Source: an uncultured Planctomycetales bacterium
Lineage (GTDB): Bacteria > Planctomycetota > Phycisphaerae > UBA1845 > PWPN01
Direction of reading: 5' to 3'
DNA: 64,000 bases
Assembly (NCBI GenBank): GCA_964586235.1
Contig: CAZPIO010000008.1
Span: forward strand, 19,893-83,892
Made by a program: the position numbers and the translations under genes. Shown in pieces: positions 9,901 to 17,943 of the stretch (within the stretch, counting starts at the first letter, position 1; each line of letters begins with the position of its first letter). The notes under the pieces were generated by a model. That model was not told where the DNA came from, ran no database searches, and saw only the letters and a list, made by a program, of their open reading frames with translations.

Positions 9901-11364
9901 GAGGGCCTCGCTCCAGCGACCTTCCGCCTGATACGCATCCGCGAGCTGTGAGGCCAGATTGGGATCCTTGGGCCACCGTCCGGCGCTGGTCTCCAGCGCA
10001 TACAGCATCTGCTGCCGGCGGGCAGTCTGACGATATGCCTGAATCAGCATCAGCCAGGCCGCTTTCTTGTCCGGCTTGGCCGCCACAAACGGGCTCAGCA
10101 GGTCAATGACTGCGTCGGGCTTCCCCTCTGCCTCGGCCAATCCCGCTTCAACCATGACGACGTCGTCCTGCAAGGCTTCGCCCGGCTCGATCTTCTCATT
10201 GACCCCTCGGCGGTACTCGTCAACCATCTGGCGGGCTTCATCCAGGAGCCCGCCCAGCAGGTAGGCCCTCACGGCCGTCGGCAGAAACACCAGGCGGTCG
10301 TCGCCGGTCAGCTCGGCGAGGGCCTGGTCCACAGTAACAACAGTCTGTTTCGGATCTCCTTTTCGCCTCGCAAGACTCACGGCGGCCAGGAGGCGCGGCA
10401 GGGCCAGTTCCCGCTTGTCCTTGTCGTGCGAGGCGAGAGTCGCTTCGTCCAGACCCTCCAACAGCCGCAGTTCCGCCTCCGCCCGGGCTACACCGTCTCC
10501 GGGTTGCTCCAGCCACTCCTCGAACAACAGCAGAACCAGATCAGGGTCGGAGGGTTTGAGCGCGTCCACGGCCTCGAGGTCCTTCCTCGCTGCCGCCGCG
10601 TTCCCGCGAACGAGTCTCATGAACTGCGCCCGGCGCACCAGCGGCAGGAGGGAAGCCGGGTTCCTCTGGATGCCCAGCGTCAACAGTTGCTCCGACAGGT
10701 CCGCCGGCTTCGAACTGGCGACTCCTGCCCCGATTGCGAGGACTTCGAGAATGTCCTTCTGCACAGGTGGCGACTCGTCGGCTTGGGCAATGCCCGCCAG
10801 GAGAACGTACGCCTCGGGCGTGGCCGGTTCTTTCTGAACGACGATCTTCAGCTCGCGGGCGGCGTCCGGAAGCTTGCGATACCCGATCAGCGCCTTGGCA
10901 AGCAGCAGGCGCGCTTCCTGGTCGTCCGGGGCTGCGTCCAGGCGCTGCCTGCAGACATAGGCGGCCTCGCTGAATACCCGCACCCGTATGTAGAGTCCGG
11001 CCAACTCGTGGCAGACCTGCGCATCATCCGGCCTGAGCCGCATCAACCTGCGGTACGCCGCGATGGCGGCCAGGGTGTTGGCCTGGGTCCTCGGCCGGAC
11101 GGCCAGGTTCGCTCTTGCGTACCGGCCGAGGACTTCCGGATTCTCGTCCGCGTACCTCGACACGTATACCTTCAATTGCTTGCAGGCCTCAGGCCAATCC
11201 CGGCGGTCGAAGGCAGCCTGGCCGGCAGCGAGGGCTCTGTTTGCCACGACCCGCTTGCGGATCTTGTACCCGCCGACAAACGCGCCCCCCAGGAGAATGA
11301 AGACCAGCCCCAGGATCACCAGGGCCTTGACGTTGATACGGCCGGGCAAAAGCGAATGACGCAT
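6919..11364 (-). CDS. Very large TPR-repeat protein with N-terminal membrane anchor (PrsT-like, exosortase-system associated)
   Basis: About 1481 aa of tetratricopeptide-like repeats (A/L/R/E-rich, repeated 'A..Y..AL...P....A...LA'). TM segment 'ALVILGLVFILLGGAFVGG' follows the ATG at 11364, which has a GAGGA Shine-Dalgarno (SD) sequence just upstream. It is the last gene of the exosortase gene train. Confidence 0.85.
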   Translation of the reverse strand: MRHSLLPGRINVKALVILGLVFILLGGAFVGGYKIRKRVVANRALAAGQAAFDRRDWPEACKQLKVYVSRYADENPEVLGRYARANLAVRPRTQANTLAAIAAYRRLMRLRPDDAQVCHELAGLYIRVRVFSEAAYVCRQRLDAAPDDQEARLLLAKALIGYRKLPDAARELKIVVQKEPATPEAYVLLAGIAQADESPPVQKDILEVLAIGAGVASSKPADLSEQLLTLGIQRNPASLLPLVRRAQFMRLVRGNAAAARKDLEAVDALKPSDPDLVLLLFEEWLEQPGDGVARAEAELRLLEGLDEATLASHDKDKRELALPRLLAAVSLARRKGDPKQTVVTVDQALAELTGDDRLVFLPTAVRAYLLGGLLDEARQMVDEYRRGVNEKIEPGEALQDDVVMVEAGLAEAEGKPDAVIDLLSPFVAAKPDKKAAWLMLIQAYRQTARRQQMLYALETSAGRWPKDPNLASQLADAYQAEGRWSEALKYATLAEQSSPADLGKSLARIRLSVNVWLARGADQEVGSHLLRELTVLRQQYPRSVDVRLLQATIGARQGYLDNVIADLETALKECDRPFAAELMLAQCYERKNLADKAAALMKGAIQRQGDVAMPRMALAELYVRLGRKDEARSVLEEACSALAGEERVLAAKALAQFLLSQGQRPKGIELLQQLATERPKDLDLRMSLLRIPEVLSDSKLSQGLIDELKAIGGDRPFRWHLEQARLLLHTTSQGTPDEARSKTAAQEAEIAEHLNACIAADPAWAQPVMMLGAMQELIGKDDLAEQTYRQYLQAQTAQAEVAERLVRLLLRQRRYVPAAEILRQVPEQMRALPDMRRQAVSVAIGAGDTDSAIRDVEVLVAADPKDAASRVVLARLVYGAGQDVNRAMQLLDEAQSIEPDSFGAVSARAEILHAEGRDKEALEVMNAAVDRRKDFASYLLRAQFHQAMKQYDLAEADYAHLTQMEDAVAAGYELLGRFHDSRGDSAKAIATWETGLKKAPDAVGLQKRLVKELLDSQEAGMRSRGRAMLEDLLAQTPDDADLLALHNGLLSTDTKPADMGERLGKEETLLEHAAGLNPGNVDAHLRLVELARARWDPAKAQERLDRALEANPGNPRLLLMRAEVEAEAGNDLVARALARAVLSRDAKNLAACGLLTTLAVKAGEFDVAMPLNDDALKVAPGHEMLHVVRAEILTASGRRNEAIEHLDAFCRSEEGRGSAAARLMLADLHRANGDLPAAAACIDSAESMARGNPAVFAARVNLLAARKEFDAVPRLLADYRSENPDRPAALLVAASALVNSGDQQAVLTARKVADELVAAFPNYTEGHIARAEAARQAGDLEAAAAAYHDVLKLEPFHQRASNDLAWLLGEQLGRPQEALEIADKAAARYLNDPHLLDTRGAILMRLGRWTDARRDLERCLDLAKGLPSTQAHAAIRLARVLRELKEAQAAKVRLEQALRIDQEHRVLTEAERSEAAKLIGS

Positions 11365-11771
11365 GACTGGTTCCTCTGAACAGACGATCTGATGGAAGAC
11401 CTGTTGTGCAGGTCGGCAATCCAGCGGCCTGACGCGGCAGGGACTGGGAACAGGTAATCGGCGGGTGACCCGGTCGAGGGGCAAGCGACGCGAAGGAGAC
11501 CGGCTGGGCGCGGGTGTCCTCCGGGATCAGCGGGCAGAACCATTCACCGGAAGGACGGCGCGAGAATAGGTGCGGGGCCGGCGTCCAGCGCCGGTGGATA
11601 TCCCCTCTGCCCCTCGTCTAAACACGAATTGCACAGCGAAAGACCTATCGCGGGTGTCGAGCTAATCTCCGACGCATGGGAGGTCCGGAGGGTTTCAGTG
11701 AAAAGCATGCCGGCCTGTACTGCAAACACGCTCGATGCGAAATGCCCTGGACCCGTGGCATACGCGGCAAG

Positions 11772-12671
11772 TCATTCCACCTGGAGGTCCACCTCGCGGT
11801 GCGAGGCCACCTTGAACTCGACGCAGCCGTAGACTGTCTCCGTCGCTTCAACCGTCTGGCGGTAGATATCCGCCTTCGCGAAATCGGTGTAGCCGAAATC
11901 CATCAATGCATTCACCATCTCCGCCGGCACGGTGAACGAGCCATTGTCCTCCGCCTCGCAGACAAGTCTCACCGGCCAGATCTCCTCCTGGTCGATGCTG
12001 ATCGTCAGCACGATGCTGCCCTCGTCGTCCCCGGACGGCGTCCACGAGACCGTCAGCGGCTGGTCATACCGCAGGACCCACGATTCGTCGAGGATCTCGA
12101 GCGGGGTCACGCCGAATCCGTGGAGCGTAAACCCGGCGATGTCGCCGCCCTCGGCGATCAACTCAACGCAGGCGTCGGAGTCGAATGCGGGATGGGGTAG
12201 CGGATTGTCGAGGTAGGTGTTGCCAGGGACGCTCGGCTCCATGGTGACGCGCTCGCTCAGACCTTTGACGACGACGGTGCCCACGCTCAGCGAACTGGGA
12301 TAGGGAATGCACGTCCCGTCGTAGTTGCATGTGGTCCCGGGAGAACAGGAAGGCTCACAAATGGGGGCGACTTCCCACAGCAGAACGCAATCGCCGCTCT
12401 CACTGACCTTCTGAAGGATCGTGGCCGGCACGACCCCATCGGCAACCTCACCCGAAAGAACCGAATAGCCCTCCTCGTGCATGACACTGAAAGAGCCGAT
12501 CTTCTCGCCTGCCGCGCAGGTGGTCCCCGACGTCGCTCCCTGGCAGTCGGCGAGGTTGTCGCCGGGATCCGGGTTGTCAGGAGGGGGATTCGGGCCGTCT
12601 GAGGGGCTGGGGCCGCACGCGGCCAGAGCCAGCATGGACGTTGTCATCAGCAGGAAGGCAAGGAATCGCAT
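11772..12671 (-). CDS. Cys-rich secreted lipoprotein, unknown function
   Basis: Lipobox 'SMLALAAC' followed by a Pro/Asp/Asn linker (GPSPSDGPNPPPDNPDPGDN). The ATG at 12671 has GGAG 9 nt upstream. Co-directional with the PEP-CTERM genes. Confidence 0.65.
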   Translation of the reverse strand: MRFLAFLLMTTSMLALAACGPSPSDGPNPPPDNPDPGDNLADCQGATSGTTCAAGEKIGSFSVMHEEGYSVLSGEVADGVVPATILQKVSESGDCVLLWEVAPICEPSCSPGTTCNYDGTCIPYPSSLSVGTVVVKGLSERVTMEPSVPGNTYLDNPLPHPAFDSDACVELIAEGGDIAGFTLHGFGVTPLEILDESWVLRYDQPLTVSWTPSGDDEGSIVLTISIDQEEIWPVRLVCEAEDNGSFTVPAEMVNALMDFGYTDFAKADIYRQTVEATETVYGCVEFKVASHREVDLQVE

Positions 12672-12867
12672 GGGCGTCACCTCCGGGTCCTGATCCGGCT
12701 CGCGTCAACGGTCTCGATACGGGCGGACCTTCTGGACAGGCCGCGCCCGTCCCGGATCGCATCTCCGTCAAACTCGAATTCCACGGCCATAGCATACTGT
12801 TCGCCCGCCTCCCGACCACAACCTGGCCGGGAGACGGGCGATCACAATCAAAACGAACTTCGCAACC

Positions 12868-13434
12868 TCAGGTAAACCGCCGTTTGACCCAGCCGATCAG
12901 GCTGAAGCCCAACAGGCCAAGCAAGACGGCACCAGGGACGGGAACAACCGTGACAACAGGAGGAGCCGGAGGGTCCGGCGGCAGGGGGCCCGAACCAGAG
13001 CCTCCCGGAAGAGCATCGAGGCCGCCGCGGTTATCCACGACGCCGCTCGTTTGCCAGGAACCGGCCAGCCAGCTATTGGCCCGGTCGATGACGCTGCTCG
13101 ACCCGCCGCCAGCCACGGACAGATCGCCGTTGATCAGGGAGTATGTGCCGCTACCCTCATACATGATCTCCCAGATCGCGAGCTGAAAGGCCTGGCGGTC
13201 CGTCGCATCCTGGTTGCCGTCAGAGAGCTGATTGGAGTAGGCGCCGTAGAAGCGCTGCAAGCGATCGGTCCTGGTTCCACCCATCCGCTGCCCGACCCGG
13301 GTGATGTCAACGGACGTGATGCTGCCGCCCTTGGAGGTCAGGGCGCTCGCGTAATAGTCCGCCCGCGCGACGGCCGGACACAACCCGAGGACCAGGGCTG
13401 CGACGGTGGCCATGATGGCTTTGATCGCAGTCAT
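12868..13434 (-). CDS. PEP-CTERM sorting-domain protein (exosortase substrate)
   Basis: Signal peptide 'MTAIKAIMATVAALVLGLCPAVARA'. The extreme C-terminus 'VVPVPGAVLLGLLGFSLIGWVKRRFT*' is a P-x-P motif plus TM helix plus basic tail, i.e. a PEP-CTERM signal. Strong SD (AAAGGAGAGG) sits before the ATG at 13434. Confidence 0.9.
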   Translation of the reverse strand: MTAIKAIMATVAALVLGLCPAVARADYYASALTSKGGSITSVDITRVGQRMGGTRTDRLQRFYGAYSNQLSDGNQDATDRQAFQLAIWEIMYEGSGTYSLINGDLSVAGGGSSSVIDRANSWLAGSWQTSGVVDNRGGLDALPGGSGSGPLPPDPPAPPVVTVVPVPGAVLLGLLGFSLIGWVKRRFT

Positions 13435-13504
13435 GCAGCCTCTCCTTTTGTTGTCTGCCCGCCGGCTTCCGGCAGACGACCGCAACTCAGAAATCGAACG
13501 GCGC

Positions 13505-14239
13505 TCACGCAAAGCGTCTCTTAATCCAGCCGATCAGGCCGAAGCCGATCAGACCCAGCAGCACCGCCGCGGGGGCGGGTACCGGCCTGATGGACTCGAC
13601 CATCACGACCATGTCCTGGAAATCCTTGTCGGACTGATCGAACGCGACCTCCTCAAAGGCAATGATGTACTCATCCACCCCGAAGGTACCGGCGGCGTAG
13701 GGCGGAATCTGGAGCACGGTTGAGCCGTCGCCCCGATAAATAAGGGCTTGAGCATTCCCCCCGGGGTTAAGCACGTCTTGCGAGTAGAACGTGGCCCTGG
13801 GTACGCCCAGATAAAAGCCGAACGCTGAGCCGAAGCCGGAGGCCATCACGGTACCGTTGACCATGATGTCGCCGTTCGCCAGAAAGGCTATGAGAGCGAT
13901 CGCTCCTTGCCCCTGTGCACCAGCGAACACTTCGGCTTTGTTGGCGGGGTCAGCGATGTCATAGAGTCCGAACGTGTTGGCGCCCGGATTGGCTGCGAGT
14001 TCGATGATCATCGTGGCAACGGACCCGCCGGATGCACCACTCGAGAACGCCGCAAAGGGCGTCTGATCGGCAATCGCATCGATCCCGCCCGATACGGTGA
14101 TGCTGTCAAAAACCTCCTGAAGATTGTTGTCAACCCCATTGTCGCCCAACGGGCTGATCGGGCGGTTGTTGTAGTAGGGGTCTGCGTAGGCGGTTGCCGC
14201 CACCATCAGCAGAACGCCCATAATGGTCATTGTTTTCAT
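13505..14239 (-). CDS. PEP-CTERM sorting-domain protein, DUF4114-like passenger
   Basis: Signal peptide 'MKTMTIMGVLLMVAATAYA'. C-terminus 'IRPVPAPAAVLLGLIGFGLIGWIKRRFA*' is a PEP-CTERM signal. 'FGFYL...FYSQDVLNPGG' and an acidic 'FEEVAFDQSDKDFQDMVVMVE' stretch resemble DUF4114. The ATG at 14239 has a GAGGA SD. The 153 codons further upstream in the track ORF are compositionally non-protein-like. Confidence 0.88.
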   Translation of the reverse strand: MKTMTIMGVLLMVAATAYADPYYNNRPISPLGDNGVDNNLQEVFDSITVSGGIDAIADQTPFAAFSSGASGGSVATMIIELAANPGANTFGLYDIADPANKAEVFAGAQGQGAIALIAFLANGDIMVNGTVMASGFGSAFGFYLGVPRATFYSQDVLNPGGNAQALIYRGDGSTVLQIPPYAAGTFGVDEYIIAFEEVAFDQSDKDFQDMVVMVESIRPVPAPAAVLLGLIGFGLIGWIKRRFA

Positions 14240-14423
14240 TTCACGTATCCTCTTCGTTTTCCCGTTTCGCGCCGTTCCCGGGTTACCGGAAACAACGCCG
14301 TTGAAATCTGTCTTCGTCGCTGCACTGCCTGCCCGTTTGTGCCCCGCCTTGTCAGCAGCGGAACTGTCATCAAAAGAGGCGGCCGGACAAGTCAGCAAAG
14401 AGAGAACCCGACCGGGCTCAGTT

Positions 14424-15062
14424 TCAAGAAACGCTCGGAGGCCCGCGAGGAGCGGTAACGGGAAGGAAGAATTGCTGTTCGCATCGCGAGCAAGGCTCGC
14501 GCAGGTACTCGTGGAAAGCCGGGGTGTTGTCCGGCACGCCCGCCGCCGCCATCTCGGCCGTGAAGCAGACCGGCATGTCCGCCAGGTCAAAGTCAAACAC
14601 GACCGCGTGGGCAATCTGCTCGGGGCAGGCGTCGTGGTACCAGGCCGGCAAATGGCCCATGTGCACGTTGCGGGCCTTGCGGGCCAGGTGCAGGGCACCG
14701 GCGCTCAAGACCGCCGAAAGGAACAGGCTGGAACTGCCCGGCAAGGCGGGCACCTGCCAGATGTGATCGTTCGTGCTGGCCGGGATACCGGTGTCGGAGG
14801 GGGTCTCGCTGGTAATCTGCTCGCTCGTCCGGCCCGAGGAACCTTCAAGCCAGAACAGAGACTCGGCCGTTGTGGCAGAGGCCTCGCGGCCGGCCGTCGC
14901 TTCCGTCTGAGCAAGTGCAGGCAGGGACGTCACCAGGCTGCCGCTGACCACGGAGGATCGTACCAGAGGCGCGCAGACCGGATCCGCGCTCGCGGATTGC
15001 ACGACACCCGCTACCGAAAAAACCAACAGGATGGATCGAACGATCCTCAACCGGTACCTCAA
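14424..15062 (-). CDS. Secreted/membrane protein with an internal PEP-CTERM-like signal followed by a ~80-aa Cys/His-rich tail
   Basis: Signal peptide 'RIVRSILLVFSVAGVVQSASA'. Ser/Thr-rich spacer. 'VPALPGSSSLFLSAVLSAGALHLARKARN' (P-x-x-P, TM helix, basic cluster) sits at residues ~104-132 of 212, then a tail containing HDAC, PVCF and PCSRC. Only TTG starts are available (15062 or 15050). Confidence 0.5.
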   Translation of the reverse strand: MRYRLRIVRSILLVFSVAGVVQSASADPVCAPLVRSSVVSGSLVTSLPALAQTEATAGREASATTAESLFWLEGSSGRTSEQITSETPSDTGIPASTNDHIWQVPALPGSSSLFLSAVLSAGALHLARKARNVHMGHLPAWYHDACPEQIAHAVVFDFDLADMPVCFTAEMAAAGVPDNTPAFHEYLREPCSRCEQQFFLPVTAPRGPPSVS

Positions 15063-15486
15063 CTCAGTTCACCGATTCCCCTGGCGCGAACTGTGCGCGG
15101 ACACCACCAAAGATACCCTACAGTCTATCCCACCCCGACTGCACCGTCAACGGAATTGCGCCCGCCTTCGGGAAAAAACTTGCCTCGCCGACCGTAACAA
15201 TACTATCCGAGCGATGAAAACCTGAAGCTGGCGGCAGCTCGCCAACCGCGGTAAACCACAATGGGAAGGCATGCTAATCTTGCTTCGTAAACGCTTTGCG
15301 ACTGCCAGGCCCGGGCACGCGGGCGATATCCCGGCTGCGGCATCCTGTTGCCCGCCCGGTTTTGTTATGACGTGCCTGCCATCTCGCATCGGGACCGGCT
15401 TTTTGTCGTTCTTATTCTCACAGGCGCTCACAGCGGCGTCCGTCGCCGCCGCCGCCAGGCACCGGCGGGGGCTGCCACGTCGCCTC

Positions 15487-16503
15487 TCATGACCCGACCG
15501 GTCGCCCATTCTTGTCCTCAATATGGAGCAGTGAAAGGATACGCAGTTCAACGACCAGACCCAGGAGGGCGAGCGGCATCATCGCAAAGCCCGCGAAGTC
15601 GTGGAAGAACTTCTCGGCAAACCTGCTGCCGACCGCGATCAGCAGGAACACGGTCACAACCGCCCTCGCCCAGTTGCACAGGATGGCAATGGGTATGCTC
15701 GAACAGAGCAGGATGAACTTCTGCCAGGGTGGCCGCTGGATGATGTAGGCCATGCCGGCGGCAACGGCCACGAAAGCGGTCAGCATCCTGAGCCCGCTGC
15801 AGGCCTCCGCAACGCCGATCCGAAGGTTGTCGTTCACCACCATCACGTGCCCTTCCTGCACCACGGTGATGCCCAGGAGTTCCAGGGTCATCACCGTCCC
15901 GGTGGTGGCGAGCAACTGCAGCGGTCCGGAGACGAGATTGTGTACTCTGCCCGGCAACGGGACCATCAGGAACAGGAACAGCAGGACCCAGAATGTCTTG
16001 CGGAATACCTCCCGGCCGCCAATCAGCAGTACGAGCCCCGCAATCATCACGACAAGCGAATACCGTTCGGCGGACTCGAAGAGCGCGACCATACCGAAGG
16101 CCCGTCCCAGAAGGGCCAGGATGATGATCGCCAGCCCCCACAACGAAGGCTGAACGGTGCACTGGGCCAGTGTCTTCCGATCGGTCCAGAGCAGAGCGAT
16201 CGCCACCAGCGGAATCAGCCCGCCGACTGAGTAGTTGTCATCCGTTCGCCATTCACTGATGAGGGAACTGATCACCGGCCAGTAAGACCAGAGCAGCGCT
16301 GCGAGCACCCCTGCGACGCCGAGCCATCGAGCGCCGAGGCGGACCGATGCATCGATCTGCCACCTGCGGGCCACGGAACAACTGGTATGTGTGCCGGTCA
16401 TTTTCTTGCGGTCTCCATGCGCCTTGCGACGGCGGCCTGCTCGGAGCGCCACCTGAGGTGGCCGACTCGTTCGTCTCAGCGGCGAGGTCGTTATGTGCGA
16501 CAT
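15487..16503 (-). CDS. Exosortase (EpsH/Xrt family transpeptidase)
   Basis: Polytopic membrane protein carrying the catalytic signatures 'AEACSGLRML' (Cys), 'ILCNWARAV' (N..R) and 'FHDFAGFAMMP' (His). The ATG at 16503 is preceded by an AGGAGGA SD. Confidence 0.92.
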   Translation of the reverse strand: MSHITTSPLRRTSRPPQVALRAGRRRKAHGDRKKMTGTHTSCSVARRWQIDASVRLGARWLGVAGVLAALLWSYWPVISSLISEWRTDDNYSVGGLIPLVAIALLWTDRKTLAQCTVQPSLWGLAIIILALLGRAFGMVALFESAERYSLVVMIAGLVLLIGGREVFRKTFWVLLFLFLMVPLPGRVHNLVSGPLQLLATTGTVMTLELLGITVVQEGHVMVVNDNLRIGVAEACSGLRMLTAFVAVAAGMAYIIQRPPWQKFILLCSSIPIAILCNWARAVVTVFLLIAVGSRFAEKFFHDFAGFAMMPLALLGLVVELRILSLLHIEDKNGRPVGS

Positions 16504-16545
16504 ATCGTTGCTCCTCCTGAAGCGGCATCGAGGAATGAGGAGGGC

Positions 16546-17292
16546 TCAGGGGTTTACGCGATCAGGTATCGAGGTGACCGCGGGGTCCGTACCGCCCACA
16601 GCGTCGGCGAGTAGACGGCGAATGAGCGGCGCTGAACCGACGGTCAGGTCAAGAAGATACTTTTCTGTCTCATATGCGGCGCTGTCGGGGCAGGTCAACT
16701 GTATTTGCGCGGAATAGCTGCCGGCGGTGTCCGCCCGCCACGCCTTGGACCGCAAGAGCGACACATCCGGACAGTAGCGGCCGTCGACGATGTAGTAGTT
16801 CAGTACCAGTATCTTCTCGGAGGTGAGGGTGCCCTTGTGGAATCGCAACAACCGGCAAGGGATCGGCGAGCCGTCGGCTCCTTTGAGTTCGAGCGACCGG
16901 CTGTCATCCAGTGTCCAGCCCGCGCCCGGGTAGCAGACCTCCGGACGGTGAGGGGAAAGGTCTCGCAGACGCACGCCATAGGCCACGAACAGGGACACCG
17001 CCTGGCTTCCGCCCCTTCGCTTGTACAGGCGGTTAATGAGGTCATCCGTGTTCGTCTTCCGCACGATCCGCTCTTCCATCGGGGTGTCCTCGCCAACCCA
17101 ATCGCCGATGTGAACCGGCAATTTCGCGAGCGTGCCCTTGGGAATCGGAACGCTGGTGGGCGGCCGTGAGTAGTACGCCGCCAATGCTCGAAAACCGCCG
17201 CCGGTCAGCAGCAGAATGACAACGCCGACCGTGATCGCAATGAAAAACGATCGGCCGGTCAGCTCGGGGCGCTTGGTAATCTCAGCTTTCAT
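16546..17292 (-). CDS. epsI: EpsI-family exosortase-associated protein
   Basis: Single N-terminal TM (FFIAITVGVVILLLTGGGF) and the EpsI hallmark 'HRPEVCYPGAGW'. Sits directly upstream of the exosortase. The ATG at 17292 has a GGAGAAGG SD. Confidence 0.88.
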   Translation of the reverse strand: MKAEITKRPELTGRSFFIAITVGVVILLLTGGGFRALAAYYSRPPTSVPIPKGTLAKLPVHIGDWVGEDTPMEERIVRKTNTDDLINRLYKRRGGSQAVSLFVAYGVRLRDLSPHRPEVCYPGAGWTLDDSRSLELKGADGSPIPCRLLRFHKGTLTSEKILVLNYYIVDGRYCPDVSLLRSKAWRADTAGSYSAQIQLTCPDSAAYETEKYLLDLTVGSAPLIRRLLADAVGGTDPAVTSIPDRVNP

Positions 17293-17719
17293 GATGGCCT
17301 TCTCCGACAACCGCCTTCGCGGCAATGCTCTCCCATGGTCATGACGGGCAACCGTGCCTCAGCGTGCGGGAGCGAGCAAACTTATGCATCCGGAGATCGC
17401 GGCCGCTCGTCACGGATAACCACCACCAACGATTCTTGCCCCGGACAGCAGGACGGCGTGTCCGCGCGGGCGCGATCCCGATAACCTTCTGACCGCTTTT
17501 TCGGGGGTGGCTTGGCCGGCAGATCAGCCGTTTCGTCACCCGGCCGGTCTGATAAGCCACCGCACCGGCAGCTCGAATCGAAGTGCCTCATTGATGACGG
17601 TCTGTTTCGGCCCGAGAAACTTGTCCGGGAGCAACGCGTGACGATATAGGCAACGCAGCTTTTATATCCGGTCTCCCCACCGCGACCGGTCTGAGCCGCT
17701 TACCAGACACAATCTTATT

Positions 17720-17748
17720 TTGCCTATACCACCTACATTTACTATATT
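17720..17748 (+). promoter_or_regulatory. Candidate sigma70-type promoter (TTGCCT-N17-TATATT) for the large lipoprotein gene
   Basis: Read directly in the only AT-rich patch of the 17.3-17.9 kb divergent intergenic region. The consensus used is the E. coli-type one, which may not apply to this lineage. Confidence 0.3.
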
Positions 17749-17943
17749 CTATCGACTTTGACTAGATCTCGTCAGACTGGGGCAACTGACGCGATTGGGG
17801 GAGAGGGAAGCATGGATCTTCGACGATCACCCGGCCGGCCTTGCTGTCAAGACAGGCACTCTCGCATCCGACAGTCCGTCGTCAGCCTATTCGTCTCGTC
17901 CCGAGGAAGCCGCAACCCAAGCTTGTTCACTCCGTGTGGGGGT

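Noticed and set aside
14325-14342. Sigma54-like -24/-12 element (minus strand 'GGCACaaacgGGCA') upstream of the first PEP-CTERM gene
   Set aside because: The GG-to-GC spacing is one nucleotide shorter than the invariant GG-N10-GC, and the -12 region lacks TTGC.
14240-14698. N-terminal 153-codon extension of the PEP-CTERM ORF 13505-14698
   Set aside because: The extension is Arg/Thr/Cys/Pro-rich and not protein-like. It overlaps the better-supported ORF 14424-15062 in another frame. A canonical ATG with a GAGGA SD followed by a signal peptide sits at 14239.
15291-15307. Sigma54-like 'TGGCAGtcgcaaaGC' (correct GG-N10-GC spacing) and a 'CGCAAAGC' string reminiscent of c-di-GMP-I riboswitches, in the gap downstream of the exosortase gene
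   Set aside because: The -12 box is poor (aaGC versus TTGC), and no EBP/PrsR gene is in the window. For the riboswitch idea, the P1 region lacks the GNRA tetraloop and the proper GGCAAA-to-ACGCAAAGC spacing. Both are too weak to call without a covariance-model scan.
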